Source of the DNA: Marsupella aquatica
Taxonomy: Eukaryota; Plantae; Marchantiophyta
Length of the DNA: 64,000 nt
Assembly (NCBI GenBank): GCA_973895155.1
Contig: OZ316892.1
Span: forward strand, 2,917,223-2,981,222
Reading direction: 5' to 3'
Below are positions 21,585-34,305 of the stretch, in pieces. Within the stretch, counting starts at the first letter, position 1, and the number at the start of each line of letters is the position of its first letter. Below the pieces are notes generated by a model. The model was not told the origin of the DNA. It was given only the letters and a program-made list of their open reading frames with translations, and searched no databases. Both the position numbers and the translations under genes were made by a program.

Positions 21585-23615
21585 TGGGGGTTACGGCCAT
21601 GGCTTCCGAGTGGTCATGGATTAACAATAGGGGGTTATAGCCATGGCTTCTGAGTGGCCATCATGGATTAACAAGCGCATTTAAGACCTGCATGTAATTG
21701 TACTGTCTGCATTTATGACCTGACAATTATGCTGATATTGGCTACCCCTCAGGGTGGGCTATTTAAGGGGCCCAACATCTCATAAGCCCTAGGCCAAGCT
21801 GGTAGGGGGTAATGGCTCCTAACCATCCATAGAAATACAGATAGAAACATACTCCCAGAGGTTACGTGTACAGTACCCATGGACCCAATAGGGTTCTGGA
21901 ATGTAACTATCCCTGAGGGGGAGTTGCGGAACTCGACTACCTTAACACTTAGCTCCGGCGTCGCTAACTCCGACGCCGAGCTCCCTTATGGTCCAGGCCC
22001 AGATAGGCCATCCGGGGAGGACTTAGCATGGGGAGACTTGTGGGCAATGAGACGTGACACTAGCGAGGCACGGGGCCAAGCTGAGGACACACACTAAGGA
22101 CTTGGACTAGCCTATGGCTGGTTGGGTCAAGGGGAAATGGGCCGGGCTCAAGGGTGGCCGTCCGGACCATCGGATGGGCTTTGAGTTCTGAGGGCTTGGG
22201 AGTGAGCTCCTCTTGGGCCCAAGGCCAATGGAGTTGTTGCCATTGGCAACAGACGCTTGGGGCGCAAGTTGTGGCCCGATCCGGGTTGGGCCGGTCGGGG
22301 GCCCCGAACGACGATCAGACCTGAGGGCCTAGGCATGAGCACTGGGTCGGCCCGGTCACAACGGGCTAAGGCACTTCACTTGCGGATGCCTATCAAGAAA
22401 GTTATGGGCGTTGCCAGTTGGGGGCGCGTCCATTACGCGCGATGGGATCCGGGTTGGGGGCCAAATGTTTAGGGGGACCAAAGCTGGTCCGGGTGGCAGG
22501 TCTCCAGAAGCATATATGAGGGGAGTGGTGTCTCCCTGGGGGGCTAAGGGCGAGTCGAAGTCGTGAGCCGCGGCGGTCGCGACACGAAAGGAAACCGCCA
22601 AACGGAAATGACGATATCTTCCTAACGGGAAGTCCGTTGGAGGACTTCTTGGGTGAGTTGGAAAGCTCTTGAGAAGGGCTACGCGCTCCTGAGATCAGCT
22701 GGGTCTGGGGGTGCCACGGGTTCTCGTGGTTTGCGGGTGTTAGCTCGCCCGTTTGCCAAATCCTGCCGAACAGCAGCCAAGCCGCGTTCAGCCTCCCAAG
22801 GGAGCTTGCGTTGGGGAGGCAAGGCCAAGTAGGTATGGAGGCTGAGTCTCAAGGGCGCTCGGTCCCTAGACCATCAGTGGGGCGAACCGGGAGCGGTTGT
22901 TAGAGTCGGGGCCATTATGGTCCCGGCGTGTTGAGACAAGCTTGGGACAAGCTTTAGGATAAGCTACGCTATTTGGGCCATGAGCATGTCCTGAGGTCAG
23001 GGCGGTCAGTTGGTGATGGATAGGTACGAGGGGGAACCCGGGCCGCGCCCAAGGAAGGAGTTGTCCTGGACGGACAGTGGGCGTGGGTTCTGGTTCCGGC
23101 TTATGGCATCGGGAGGACCTATCGCTGACCTATTTACCAACGTCTGTTGAGCTTGAGTTAGGATGCTAGACTTGGCGAGTTCTAGATCCGGTGGGGTTAC
23201 TTACCGAGGTGCTTGGTTGCTTGTGTAGACAGTGAGGACTGTTGAGTAGCGGTCGTGTAAGTGAGCAAGTGCGGCTTCGTATTGGAGTGGCCGCAGGTGG
23301 TGTTGGAGGCACTTGGATGCTTGCTCGAGGTATTCCGTGGAGGCGTTTGGGCACTAAGGGCACTTAGGCGCAAGTGTTGGGATTGGTGAGGGCGCTGGGT
23401 GGCTAGGTCCACCACTGGGGGTTACAATCATGGCTTCCAAGGGGCCATGGATTAAGAAGTGTAAGCCCTGAGTTGTTATGACCTGACAATTGCACCTAAA
23501 ATTGGATAACCCTTTAGGAATGCTTCTGACCGGAGTCAAAATATCATAACCCCAAACCAGGCTGGTAGGGGGTAATGGCTCATAACCACCCATAGAAATA
23601 CAAAGAAAACAACAC
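21585..23615. repeat. Diverged direct repeats (about 21585-21850 and 23416-23612) flanking the GC-rich block
   Basis: Shared blocks are ggggttac..catggcttcc, ttatgacctgacaatt and gctggtagggggtaatggctc.taacca.ccatagaaataca. Confidence 0.75.
21902..23426. mobile_element. Possible solo LTR (GC-rich, 1.5 kb)
   Basis: An abrupt GC-rich non-coding block is bounded by TGTAAC...GTTACA. The flanks (TGGAA / ATCAT) do not form a TSD. Confidence 0.4.
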
Positions 23616-25246
23616 ACAAGGGTTTAAAGGCTCCACGATGGGTCGACAACGGAGAGATGGGTTTTATGTAAGGATAAATTGTCAGCTATGAGTTTGACTA
23701 TTTTTCAAGACAAACCCGGTAGCATGTGACTATTTTGAAAGGATTGGTCAGCTCTATGTTTGACTTTGTTTTGAAAAAAACCTAATTTCTTGTTGTAAAA
23801 CTAGCATCAGATTTTAAGAAAATGATGCTCAGCTGTGAATGATACAACCTTTTACACTTCATTCATATTGACACCTTCTAGTTTCCAAAAAGTTTTCAAC
23901 AACAAAGTTTAACCTTACATCCACATAATAAGCTCTTCTTGAGCTAGTTAGAGAAGACTGGTAAAAATCCAACCAACTTAATTTCTCTAGTTTTCATGAA
24001 AAATTGAGAGAATTACAAATATTTAAAGATTATTATATCTCTCACTATCCACACTTTGGGCTTCCAATTTTTTTTGAGGGCCTAACTTTGACATTGGACA
24101 TTCATCTCCCTTGAATTCAATGAAATTTGATTCTTTTGGGGTGGTTTGGGTGCAGGTTTATTATTAACTGCTTGGAAATATATTTCAAATGAACCTCATA
24201 CATCAAATTTAATTGAGAATTGAGCCACTTACAAATTTCCAATGATGACTCATTTCTTTTCATATTTTACCCACTTGTGTAGTATGTCTACATGAGCAGA
24301 AACAAGGGTGGCAATACATATGGGATACAAAAGTCTATAGCAGCACTTTGACAAAAATAGGGCACCTCAAACCTGTCTGTTTTGACTCTGGTCGCGGTCT
24401 AGGGCGTTTTCCCAGAACTACAGTTAACTCTCTCTAAGTGCACGCTCTCGTGAAGATGGATCTGGCATGCACTAAACCGGGTGTTGCATTCCTTGATAAG
24501 CACACCCCCCTGAAAAGTGCATTTGATATAGATTCCTTTGTTGAATTTACAGCCCCTCTGTTAGGGGGTAGTCACCCTCGTACTTCATATCCCTGCCCTA
24601 ATTTTGTGCTCACCCTCCCTAAGTGCATTCTATAGTCTACTAAGAATGGACATGCATTTATCCATAAATGCACTTTCATGATTTTGTGCGTTTACCGATA
24701 AGAGCACAGAGACACTTATCAAGGGTAAGCACTTATAAAGTTGTCTATAAGTGCAGTCATGAGTGTACAGACCAAAACTTGTAGTTTCGGGACAAGTTTT
24801 TCTTTTGCATACTGGAAGGTTTGAGACGCCCTAATGAAGGTCCATCCAGATTCATCAATGAACGAGGCGAGGCAAAAAAGTGTCAAGAAGGTGAGATTTC
24901 TCCTCTCGTTCAACCATATGTCCAATAGTTTGAAATCTCATTAATTGTCATAAAAATTGCTGGATTAGACTTTTGCAACAGGTAGTTGTTGCATGCAAGC
25001 AAACAGGAAAAATATTTATAGATCGTCACTTGATATGCTGAAAGGCAATCGCAGAGGAAAATTGCAAGCTCGAACTTCTGGACTCATCAGGCATCTCAAG
25101 AGGCAGCAAAAATGTGCTTGCTTGAATTGAACGCTCAAGTAAGTCTCTATAGCAGGAATTTAACGCACATAAAACGAGAGAAACCTCGACGACAGTAAGG
25201 GATAATGAGTCTCTTTGGCCAGGAATTCACCTCACATAAAACGAGA

Positions 25247-26415
25247 AAAATCTCCAAAAACACACAATATAATGATTTTCGCTGAAGGCTTGTCTACAAC
25301 ATTCCTAAGTCAGTTCAATGCCAAAAAATGAGGAAAGACTAGGCCACGGATAAGGACCAATTTGTTAAATTGAGCAAAATAGCTTCACACAACCGCTGCA
25401 GCAATCTCTTACACTCAGACTTTGAGCAAAATCGTTTCAAAGTGAAAGCCACCGTTCTTCAGATCAAAATCTGAAATTGAAAATTCCTAAGACGTTCTTT
25501 AAATCTTAACAAATGTTTTGCTGAATAGGTGGTGCGTGCGGTCCTGACTGCAACTCGTTATTGAACCTGAATCTAAGAAGCCAATGGACCATGATGCTAT
25601 CATCCATGTTCTCAGGAGATCTTTCCCCTTTACAGGTACATTGACTACGATCATTTCCTTTTTCTTGTGCTATCTCCCAGAGTTGGTACTTGCCATATCA
25701 TTACTGAAACTGTCAAGTCTCCAATAAATTGTCTGGCCACCTAAGATTTCTAATGCTTCCAGTGCCTGGCTTGATTCATGAGTAATTTAACCATGACATT
25801 TAGAATAGCTTGAATTGTGGTTAGGAGATAATCGGCCTCCAGCATGTTTGAGGGAGAAGTAGCACTTATTGATGTACAAGAGCTATCCAGTATTGCTGAA
25901 GAACGGAGAGACTTCAAAAAGTGAATTTCATAATTTGTAAGGTGAGATTCTCATAAAATGATCTCCAAAAACACTAAGAGATAATGAGTTTCGCAGAAGG
26001 CTTGTCTACAACAATTCGAAGTCAGTTCAATGCCAGAAAATGAGAGGAGACTACGGTAGGCCACAGGTAAGGACCAATTTATTAATGGAGCCAAATAGCT
26101 TCACATTACCGCCCTCTTCCACACAGGCTTTGAGCAAATCGTTTCAAAATTCGAGATTGATAATTCCTGAAACACTTTTCAAATCTTAGCTGCTGAAGAA
26201 GTGGTGCGTGGGGTCCCTAACTGCAATTCGTGATTGAACTTGAATTCAAGAAGGCCGATGGACCAGGATTCTATCATTGGTGTTCTCAGGCGATTGGTCC
26301 CTTTACAGTTAGATTGACTCACGACGGTCGGTGCCTTTTGCTTATGCTATCTCTCAGAGTAGTACTTGCGATGTCATTCCTTAAAACTGTCACTTCTCCA
26401 ACAAATCGTCTGGGC
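25247..26415. repeat. Diverged ~470-bp direct duplication (about 25247-25740 and 25957-26415)
   Basis: Colinear shared blocks: gaaggcttgtctacaaca, agtcagttcaatgcca, taaggaccaattt, ggtggtgcgtg.ggtcc, tgctatctc.cagagt and tctcca..aaat.gtctgg. Confidence 0.85.
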
Positions 26416-27132
26416 AAATTGTGGATCTGGGGTGCCGAAGACGAGGCACAACAGATAGCCCAAACCGACTATACTCGAAGTTACAGCACTCAAGATGCCA
26501 TACGCTCCGTTTCTATCCGAGGCTTTGGTCTCTTCTGTTTACACACACATGAAACAATTCTGCCTCAAAGACTTGAGATCACTTAAATTGAACTGTCTAC
26601 ACTAATAATTGGAGAAACGAATTTTGTAGAACTTAACCTGGAGGGCTTTTACCCAGGTGCAATCCAGGAATGAACAAAGTTCATAAGAAAGATTACCAGA
26701 TACGAGGTTACTTCTTTCACACCAGTGACCTCTTTGAAGTCAACTTGAGTTGATACCCTTCATGGTATGGACCATCAAATATCTTCCCCACCTCAGATTT
26801 CCCCCTTGCAGGCCATCGCCTAATTATGAAATCCAATTCTGCAATGTCGTCAATGAGCCGACCTGAGTTGGCCCACTGAATCTGCTGGGCTAAGATTTTG
26901 CCGCTGGTCCTAAATCCACGAATGTACAAGATCCGTAATATTTTGGATGGGTCAGAAGTTGAAGGTACCTCGTTCTGCACCGCCGTTGCATTTACACTGT
27001 CCTTCTCCACTGGTGGGTTTCCAGCTATGTGCGTTGCCATCTTCGTCCCTCCTCACGTCTCCACTTCTCTCCTCTGATCTTCTCTGCTCCGATCAACTTT
27101 GCTGTTGTGTGCGCTGCTGCGGTGTTCTGTCC

Positions 27133-27385
27133 AAAGATCACCTTCGAGAGTGCCTCTAAGATTGAAAGGCTCCCACAGTCGTAGAGCAAATCAATGCTAC
27201 ATCTCCTAAAGTTAAAGATCACCTTTGAGAGTGTCTGTGAGATTGAAAGGCTCACACAGTCGTAGAGCAAATCGATGCTAGATCTCCTAAAGTTAAAGAT
27301 CACCTTTGAACGTGTCTGTGAGATTGAAAGGCTCCCACAGTCGTAGAGCTCTCTGCTCTCAAATCGATGATAGATCTCCTAAACT
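27133..27385. repeat. 81-bp tandem repeat, 3 copies
   Basis: aaagatcacctt recurs at 27133, 27214 and 27295. On the minus strand it reads as a 27-aa repeat (IFNFRR.SIDLLYDC.SLSI...LSKV). Confidence 0.9.
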
Positions 27386-27659
27386 TTGGAGAGAGGATTC
27401 CAGGGTTCCAGCTGGTTTCCCAATCGATCCACAGCTTCGTTCATAGACGTGGGCATTTCAGTGCTAATGTCCTGTGACGACGGTATTGATCGAGACTTGG
27501 CAAACGGATGGAAGGAATCATGTACGTCACTATATGTACCGCCTTCTTGTGGTTCGCTGTTGCATTTAAAACTGTCCTTCTCCACTGGTGAGTTTCTAGC
27601 AATCTCCGTTGCCATTTTCTTCCCTCCTCTCGTCCCCTCTTCTATCCGAAGGTCACCTT

Positions 27660-28860
27660 TCAGAATTCTTCGGGTAATTCTTCGGGTTCCATTCTGACTT
27701 CTCGGAAAACAGAAACAAGACAACTGTTTAGCCAAGTTTGGGATCTCTGAGATGTGAACCCAAGCTGCGTGATTACTTCACCGTCCACTTTCAAAGGCTG
27801 TACTTGTCGTGAGCTATCACCACCTACTGGTATACAAGTAGGCCCAATGACGATATCATAACTGTGGTTATCTTCGTTAGGTCGCCCCATATTATACCTG
27901 CAAAACTCTGCCCAGGTCGAATTTGGTTCCTCGAACCAGTAAACACCAAAAGCGTTCAAAGAGTGTAGCATGGCAATCCGAACCCTGAAAACCAACACAT
28001 ATATTGGTGCAACATCATGCGAAGGATGGTTATGCAAAGGGTGCTCAAATGCATGCCTTAAAAGAATTTGTCAAGTAAAAGGTGCGCTCTAACGAAAACT
28101 CATTTGCACTAAGTGGGGGTTTAATTCCACGTGACGTAAAGGACTCCCAGGAAAAGGATCGACACCCATGAAACAAGTGGACATGTTCGGGTTCATTTGA
28201 ATAAGGGTCATATTTATGAAGGCTTTGACTTGTCACTGCGCTATGGTGACAAAACATGAAAGACCTCTTAGAAAACATATTGATTCTTCTAGGTTCACCC
28301 TTCTGAGGTGTGTTGAATTCGCCAAGATTCACATCTATGAAAGGAATATTTTGAAACAGGCCTAGTCTTCGTCTTGAATATAACCCTCCTCCCCTTCCCC
28401 GTCCACCCCTGCCCTGCCCATGTTCTCCCCTGTCCCGTCCACGTCCTCCCCATCCGCCATGGCCTGGTATTTGCCGATAATTCACAGACACTCGATCGTC
28501 ACGTCCCTGCTTATGCATTCCTTGTACTCGCCATCCGTTTCCATCATCGCTGAACACTTGTTCTAAATCTCTTAGTATTTTAACAGCGACCTGCCCATAT
28601 CCCCCTCTGAGGAAATACTCGAGACCCAAGGCAGAGTCCTTGAGACTCTCATGAGTCTTAACAACATTCAGTACAACCTTTCCTGAGAAATATTTAGTCA
28701 GAAACACAGCCAACTTCTCTACAGATGTATTTATCTCATCCGCATCCTCATCTGCAAGTACCTCCCTTTCCAGGAACTGCCATACACCAAATGATGTCGG
28801 TGGAGGCTTATCCACCAGGCAGAAGTATTCTGCCGAGATAAAACTCTTCAAAGAAGACAT
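27660..28860 (-). pseudogene. Intronless RGG-box + ADP-ribosyltransferase-fold (DUF3990-like) protein, about 399 aa, one frameshift
   Basis: ATG at 28860 follows a tgcag acceptor. The linker is Gly/Arg-rich (GGWGGRGRDRG..GRGGRGRGGG). Then HLFHGC..GI..NEFS...FYLTNS, a frameshift at about 28055, and VLVFRV..WAEFCRYN..HSYDIVIGP..TQLGFTS. This matches the LYHG / FY.T / W..F...N / YDIV.GP / Q..F.T pattern I recall for DUF3990. The span is 1201 nt, one base more than a whole number of codons. Confidence 0.7.
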
Positions 28861-29789
28861 ACTGTAACACACCTGCATACACCCCCGCAATAAGCAGCGA
28901 AGTCTCAGGCTCTGGAAATTTCACCCCCGATACCGTCGAGTAGCGAATCAGTTAACACCGTCCTCGCCCTAAACAATGCTTCGGCCTCCTCCTTCTCTGT
29001 TAGCACCCAGTCCGCCAAAAGCCCCCGATAATGTAAACAAGCACTGATAGGACAACCAGAAGAGTGAGCTATAGGCGCTATTCACAACCCTACAAGCCTT
29101 GCCGAAGACGATTGATGAGATGACACTTCTGCACACTGCTTGCGCAATCAAACCCTCGGAACAGGGCGTGTCCGCTAGGAGAATCACACGACCCCAACGG
29201 TGCGATCACACTACTGTTCGCTTTCAGAAACAAAGCTCCGCCCTCGCAAGATCGAACAGCCACCCTAAAAAGACACACGGACGAGACCTTCTCACACACG
29301 AATGGCGATTCGAGAGCTCAACAAGATCAGAGGAAGTGCAACGCAATTGTCGTGCAGTGAGAATAGGTGGTACTGTAGCAGCGCGCAGAACGCCGAACGC
29401 ACTGCCGCCTATAGCCGTAAGCTCCGCTTCCACCTCTTCTTCCACTTCCTGCGCCGCAAACCTGTTCCCTCCGTCCCTTCTCACAACGGCTTTGCAAAAG
29501 CAACAACACCGACCCGCTCGAATTTAAACCAAACGCACTCTCCTCGGCCCTTTTGATCGTAGTATCGAGCACTGTTTCTCCCCTCCTCCTCGCGTTCAGT
29601 CTAGTATGCACCCTCTCCTCTCCATTGTTGTTCACTCGTCTGCTCTCTCTGCTCTCTCCCCTCGTCTCAGCTCCTCATTGCTTTCCTCATCCCCTCGTTC
29701 ACTCCGGCCGCTCGTGCGCCAACACGCAATGCAGGCAGACGGAGCGCCAGAAGAGCAACAGCCAATACCACATCAGCACTTCAGTAGCA

Positions 29790-30372
29790 ACGTGCCTCCG
29801 CGCACGAGAAGTTGAAGCAGAAAAAAGACCAAAGTTGAGGCTGCGAAGATTTCGGCGGAGCAACGAGACGAGCTTCGTTTCTCCCCTCAACAACCACAAC
29901 CACGGCTCCAAATGAGGTGCGATGCCTCCGCAGAAGAGGGTTCTTTATCTCGCACGAGAAACTGAAGCACGAAAAGTTGTTCCAAAGAAGAAAATTACTT
30001 CGGAGTAGGCACGAGAGGAAGAGCTTGTTTTCTCCCTTCCACAGCAATAACAAAAGCAGAAGCAGTAGCAGAAGCAACGGCAGTGCCTCCGCGAAAGAGG
30101 ATTTCTATCCCCCCACCAGAAATTGAAAGCAGGAAAAGTTGTTCCAAAGAACAAGATTACTTCGGAGAGGAACGAGAAGAAGAGCTTGTTGTCTCCCTTC
30201 CACAACAATAACGACGGCAGAAGCAACGAAGGTGCCTCCGCCAAAGAGGATTTCTGATCCCCACCAGAAATTGAGAGAAATTGTAAAGCAGGAAAAGTTA
30301 TTCCAAAGAAAACAGATTTCTTCGGAGAAAAACGAAAAGACGAGCTCGTTTTCTCCTTTTCAAACCACAACT
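29790..30372. repeat. Diverged 130-160-bp tandem repeat, about 4 copies
   Basis: tgcctccgc..aagagg.tt, gaaaagtt.ttccaaagaa, ttcggag and gagct.gtt.tctcc recur from about 29791, 29922, 30083 and 30232. Confidence 0.85.
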
Positions 30373-33300
30373 TCCATTGAGAGGGCTACGGGGTTACCCG
30401 GAGTCCTCAATGAGAATATACAAGGAGAAGTATTGCCGGGCTGAATGTCGGGCAGTTGTGGGGTGAATTGTCATGCAGCTATGGGTTTATACCATTGAAT
30501 CGCCAGTGTAGTCAAAAGCCTGTCACAGTTCTAGTGGTTATTAGACTCGGGAGTGAGAGGTCGGGTGCTTGAACCTTGCACCCGAGTAGAAACTTTGTCC
30601 TGTCCTTCGCCTGGCCCTTGAACTATAATGGCCCCGGGGAGTTGACGGTGTCTTCTGTTCTGGGTGCGAGTCAAACAGAGGGGATGATGATGGGCACTTT
30701 GCCTGCGGACCACCACACTGAAGGTCAGAGAAATGGGCCCGGGAATTCCCCAGAAGGATAGAGGGGGGCCGCCAGGTGTCTGTGGCCGGTGGTTGGCTGC
30801 AGGCCCCATGGGTGTCATAGGATGGGGCCAGAGTAGTGTTTTTTTTAAGGATTTCACTTTTTCACCAAGGTGGTGAATGTAAAGTGTGTCAAGGAGAAGA
30901 TGCTCAAAAGATTCTGTATTCAATTATTTTCCTAACCGTTAGATCTCCCTAGATTTAAGGCGGACCATTAGATTTTGGCTAATGGGGCCTGGGATTAGGT
31001 GGAACACTGGCTAATGAGACAGCCAAAAAGTAGTGAATTTTAGCCAAAAGTGGCGAAGGATTTTTGGGGAGGTGGAATCTAGCTAATTTTTGCCACTAAA
31101 AAAAACCCTGGGCCAGAGCAAGGGCCAGCAGTCTCATAGAATAGCGATCGAGAGCGCCAACTTTAGGAGTCCAAGTTTTGTTGTGGCAACAAGTGGATTT
31201 TACTGGCTCTATGTTGGCCAACCACCCAGAGTCATGGCGTGGGGAGTCTGAGTTTTGTTGTGGCGACAACTGGATTTACCGGCTCGATGTTGGCCACAAT
31301 TGAGGGCGAGGATCGCAAGTGGGAAACAGGGAACCGCCATGGGAAAGAAGGGGAGACTGAGTGGGCACAGAGTTTAGTGTGCCAAGTGTGGAACGGCGAC
31401 AAGGAGAGTTATGGGGCCGGGAGTCTGGCAGTATGGCAGTCGAGAACTTCAAGAGTGTGAGAGTAACTCTGGCTACCAGGAAAAGAAAATGATGCACAAT
31501 GGTTTCTATGAAGCCTACAAAGAAAATGAGCTTATGTGTAACTTTGGTTACCAGATAGTCTTTGTGATGTTCACTGTAAACCAGACAATGTGGCATCGTC
31601 TCTTTGGTTTTTAGAGCTTTAGAGTGAGGCAGAGGCTGACCATGAGTATGTCAAGTTTGTATGACATTTTACCTTCATTCCTTATACTAGCTCACATATT
31701 TTTTATTTTCCTTTGGGCCTTTTGTTCTTCACATAATGACACTGTATAGTGAGATAGAGGCTGAGCCGCATAGCTGACGTTCCAAAGTAATTTGCCATTT
31801 GATCTTTGTGACTTATAGCTGACAAGCTTTTAATAGGGCACTACCAGGTAGACGCAGCGTCTAGTGAACGTCCGGCACTAGGTTGTAGCTTGGGTCCCAA
31901 CCCGCCTCACACTAGAAGAAAAGCACCCATTCTCAGACCCTGCCTTACATGACTTCAGCGAGACCTTCAGAAACAAGTGACTCCAAGATTGTTGGTGTCA
32001 TCTTAGTTACATCTTCTTGACTCTCTTTTGGTGAAGTTTTGGCAAGTCATGTATTTAACTATTGGGAAAGTTGCATGTGTAACTGAGTTAAGGCAAGTAT
32101 ATTGAAGTTATATCAGTGACCATGAGTTACAACATTATGTATGAGAGCTATACATTCTAACACTACAATGTCCTAGACCAATACATCTGATTTTGAATCC
32201 ACCATATATATTAATCACATTATTTCATGCAATTATATATAGTTACATCCTTTCGCTTTAACCATTGCTGAGTTTTTCTTTACTATTCCCTTGTAAGAAA
32301 ATCTAGCCTGGCCCGCCTAAACCTAGCCTATTGCGCCTTGATCAATTGATCCTTTGTGCCCCCATTTTAGACCCAATATGCTGGTATTCAATCGCACAAA
32401 CACTGTGACATAACTCCCTTACCATCTTAAGCCATTTGCAGATATAATTTGTGTATATACTATAGGTTGTGTGAAGGCCGGTAACAAAGTTTGATTTGGA
32501 TTATCATCCACATACATGGGCAACTCCACAGTTTCATTTTGTGCCATCCCCCCAAAACTGCATGCATCGTTCTCTTTGGATACCTTTAGTGCCGGCACCC
32601 CAAATCCAACCTATACATCTATAGTGTATGTATGATTCATGAAATGTTGGTGAATAGAATTCTTGTCATTCTAGTGGTTAAGGACTTTTAATTTTACTCC
32701 TTTCTATCACTTGCATTTGTGTTTATCTAACAGGGCGTCCTAAAGCTTTGTTGCTACTATGATGGCTTTTGATTAAAAACATGGCGGCAACATATTTCAT
32801 AGCATCACATAAAATCTTGTTTTTAGATTTTCTCACTAGCATCTACAGTGACTTACATTCATGGCACATGGTTGTTGCTTTACGGCAAAAGGGTATGAAT
32901 CATGAATTTGGCAATCAATAACTTTCCTTGTTCCTAATCTTAATCAAGTAGTTAATGCACATCAAGTTTTGAGGTTTGAGACCCCTTTATACAACAATTT
33001 TGATCACCGTGAGGGGATACAGGTCAGGACCAGATATGACCTCAGAGTTCAAGACAAGGGCAGCATACAGCAGGTGAAATTTAACTACAGTAGGGTCTAT
33101 CATAATCAGTCAAGTAAGACTGACAGAATGATTGCAAATGGCTCTAACTGCCTTCATTATTAACATTGGGTGACATTGAAAAATATGTGCTCCTGTATTA
33201 TTATTCATCAGTTTAAGTAAAGCATTCCATTCAGATCAAAAAAGAAAGACACCATGGGTATAGGGCCTGGGGCTAGGACGTCCGACGTTAATCCCCAATT

Positions 33301-33873
33301 ACATGCTGTTGTGGTGCATAACACCATTTAAACACACCCGGGCAGTGTTAGCACAACCCATGCTGCATGTAAAATACAGCTGACTTGGAGAAAAACATGC
33401 ACCACAACCACATGGGATAGTGTTGGGATTTAAGTGAAAAAACAGAGGGTCCAATTATAAAACTATAACTTTTAATTACTTTGCCACTAAGGAGCTCTTT
33501 GTGACCTCAAGTGCAAAGTCCAAATGCACCACAACAACAGAAACAAAATTGGTGTTTTCTCGAAAGTTTTTTAAATGGCACGAGGCTTGAGATACAAACC
33601 TACAAAGGAAAAAGGAATTTAGGTTTTCATGTACCTGACAAGACCATTATTCCATCATCGTACTTGCAAGACAGATCTAGTGTCCTGTTTGTACAACACT
33701 CTCACCAGTCATTGGAAAGGCATGGTCGGGGATGACCTGTTCACTGGAAATGCGTGGTCGGGGATGACCTGTTCACTGTACTTGCGTGGTCAGGGATACC
33801 TTGTGACAGACTCAGGAAACCAATTTTTCAATCCCTTCCAAGCCCTGTAAAATTACAACCATGGAGCCTGGCT

Positions 33874-34305
33874 AAGAGCATCCCCAAAACTGCACTATTT
33901 GCAACTCAATGTTGCCTCAATGGTGAGGTGTCCCCACTCTTCTGCGCCCCTGCACTATTTGCAACTCAATGTTGCCTCAATGGTGAGGTGTCCCCACTCT
34001 TCTGCGCCCTTCTGCGCCCCTGCACATTCTTCGTTGTTGTGAGTACATTCTGCCAGTTTCTGCCACGTGCCCAACTCCGGGTTGCTTGGGATTGGACTAT
34101 CGCTGGCGTCCACACAGTGACTAGGGTGGGCAAGCAACACTAATGCACACCGAACCTAGGGAGCACAGGAGACAATTTCTGTTGGGCCGGGCTCCAGGGT
34201 TTTAATTTTACAAGACTTGGTAGGGATCAAAAACCTGGTTTCCCGCTCCGGTCACACGACTGTTGTCCCGGGCCAAGCCTTCCCAGTACCGCTGGGAATG
34301 CTCTT
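33874..34305. mobile_element. MITE, probably PIF/Harbinger (Tourist-like)
   Basis: Inverted termini GGCTAAGAGCATCCCCA (33870-33886) and TGGGAATGCTCTTAGCC (34293-34309) match at 16/17. There is an internal 60-bp tandem duplication at 33890-34009. Confidence 0.7.

Noticed and set aside
28969-30444. Many overlapping ORFs upstream of the ART-like gene
   Set aside because: These are GC-rich leader/intron and tandem-repeat sequence with no recognisable motifs. The acceptor before ATG 28860 suggests a non-coding leader.
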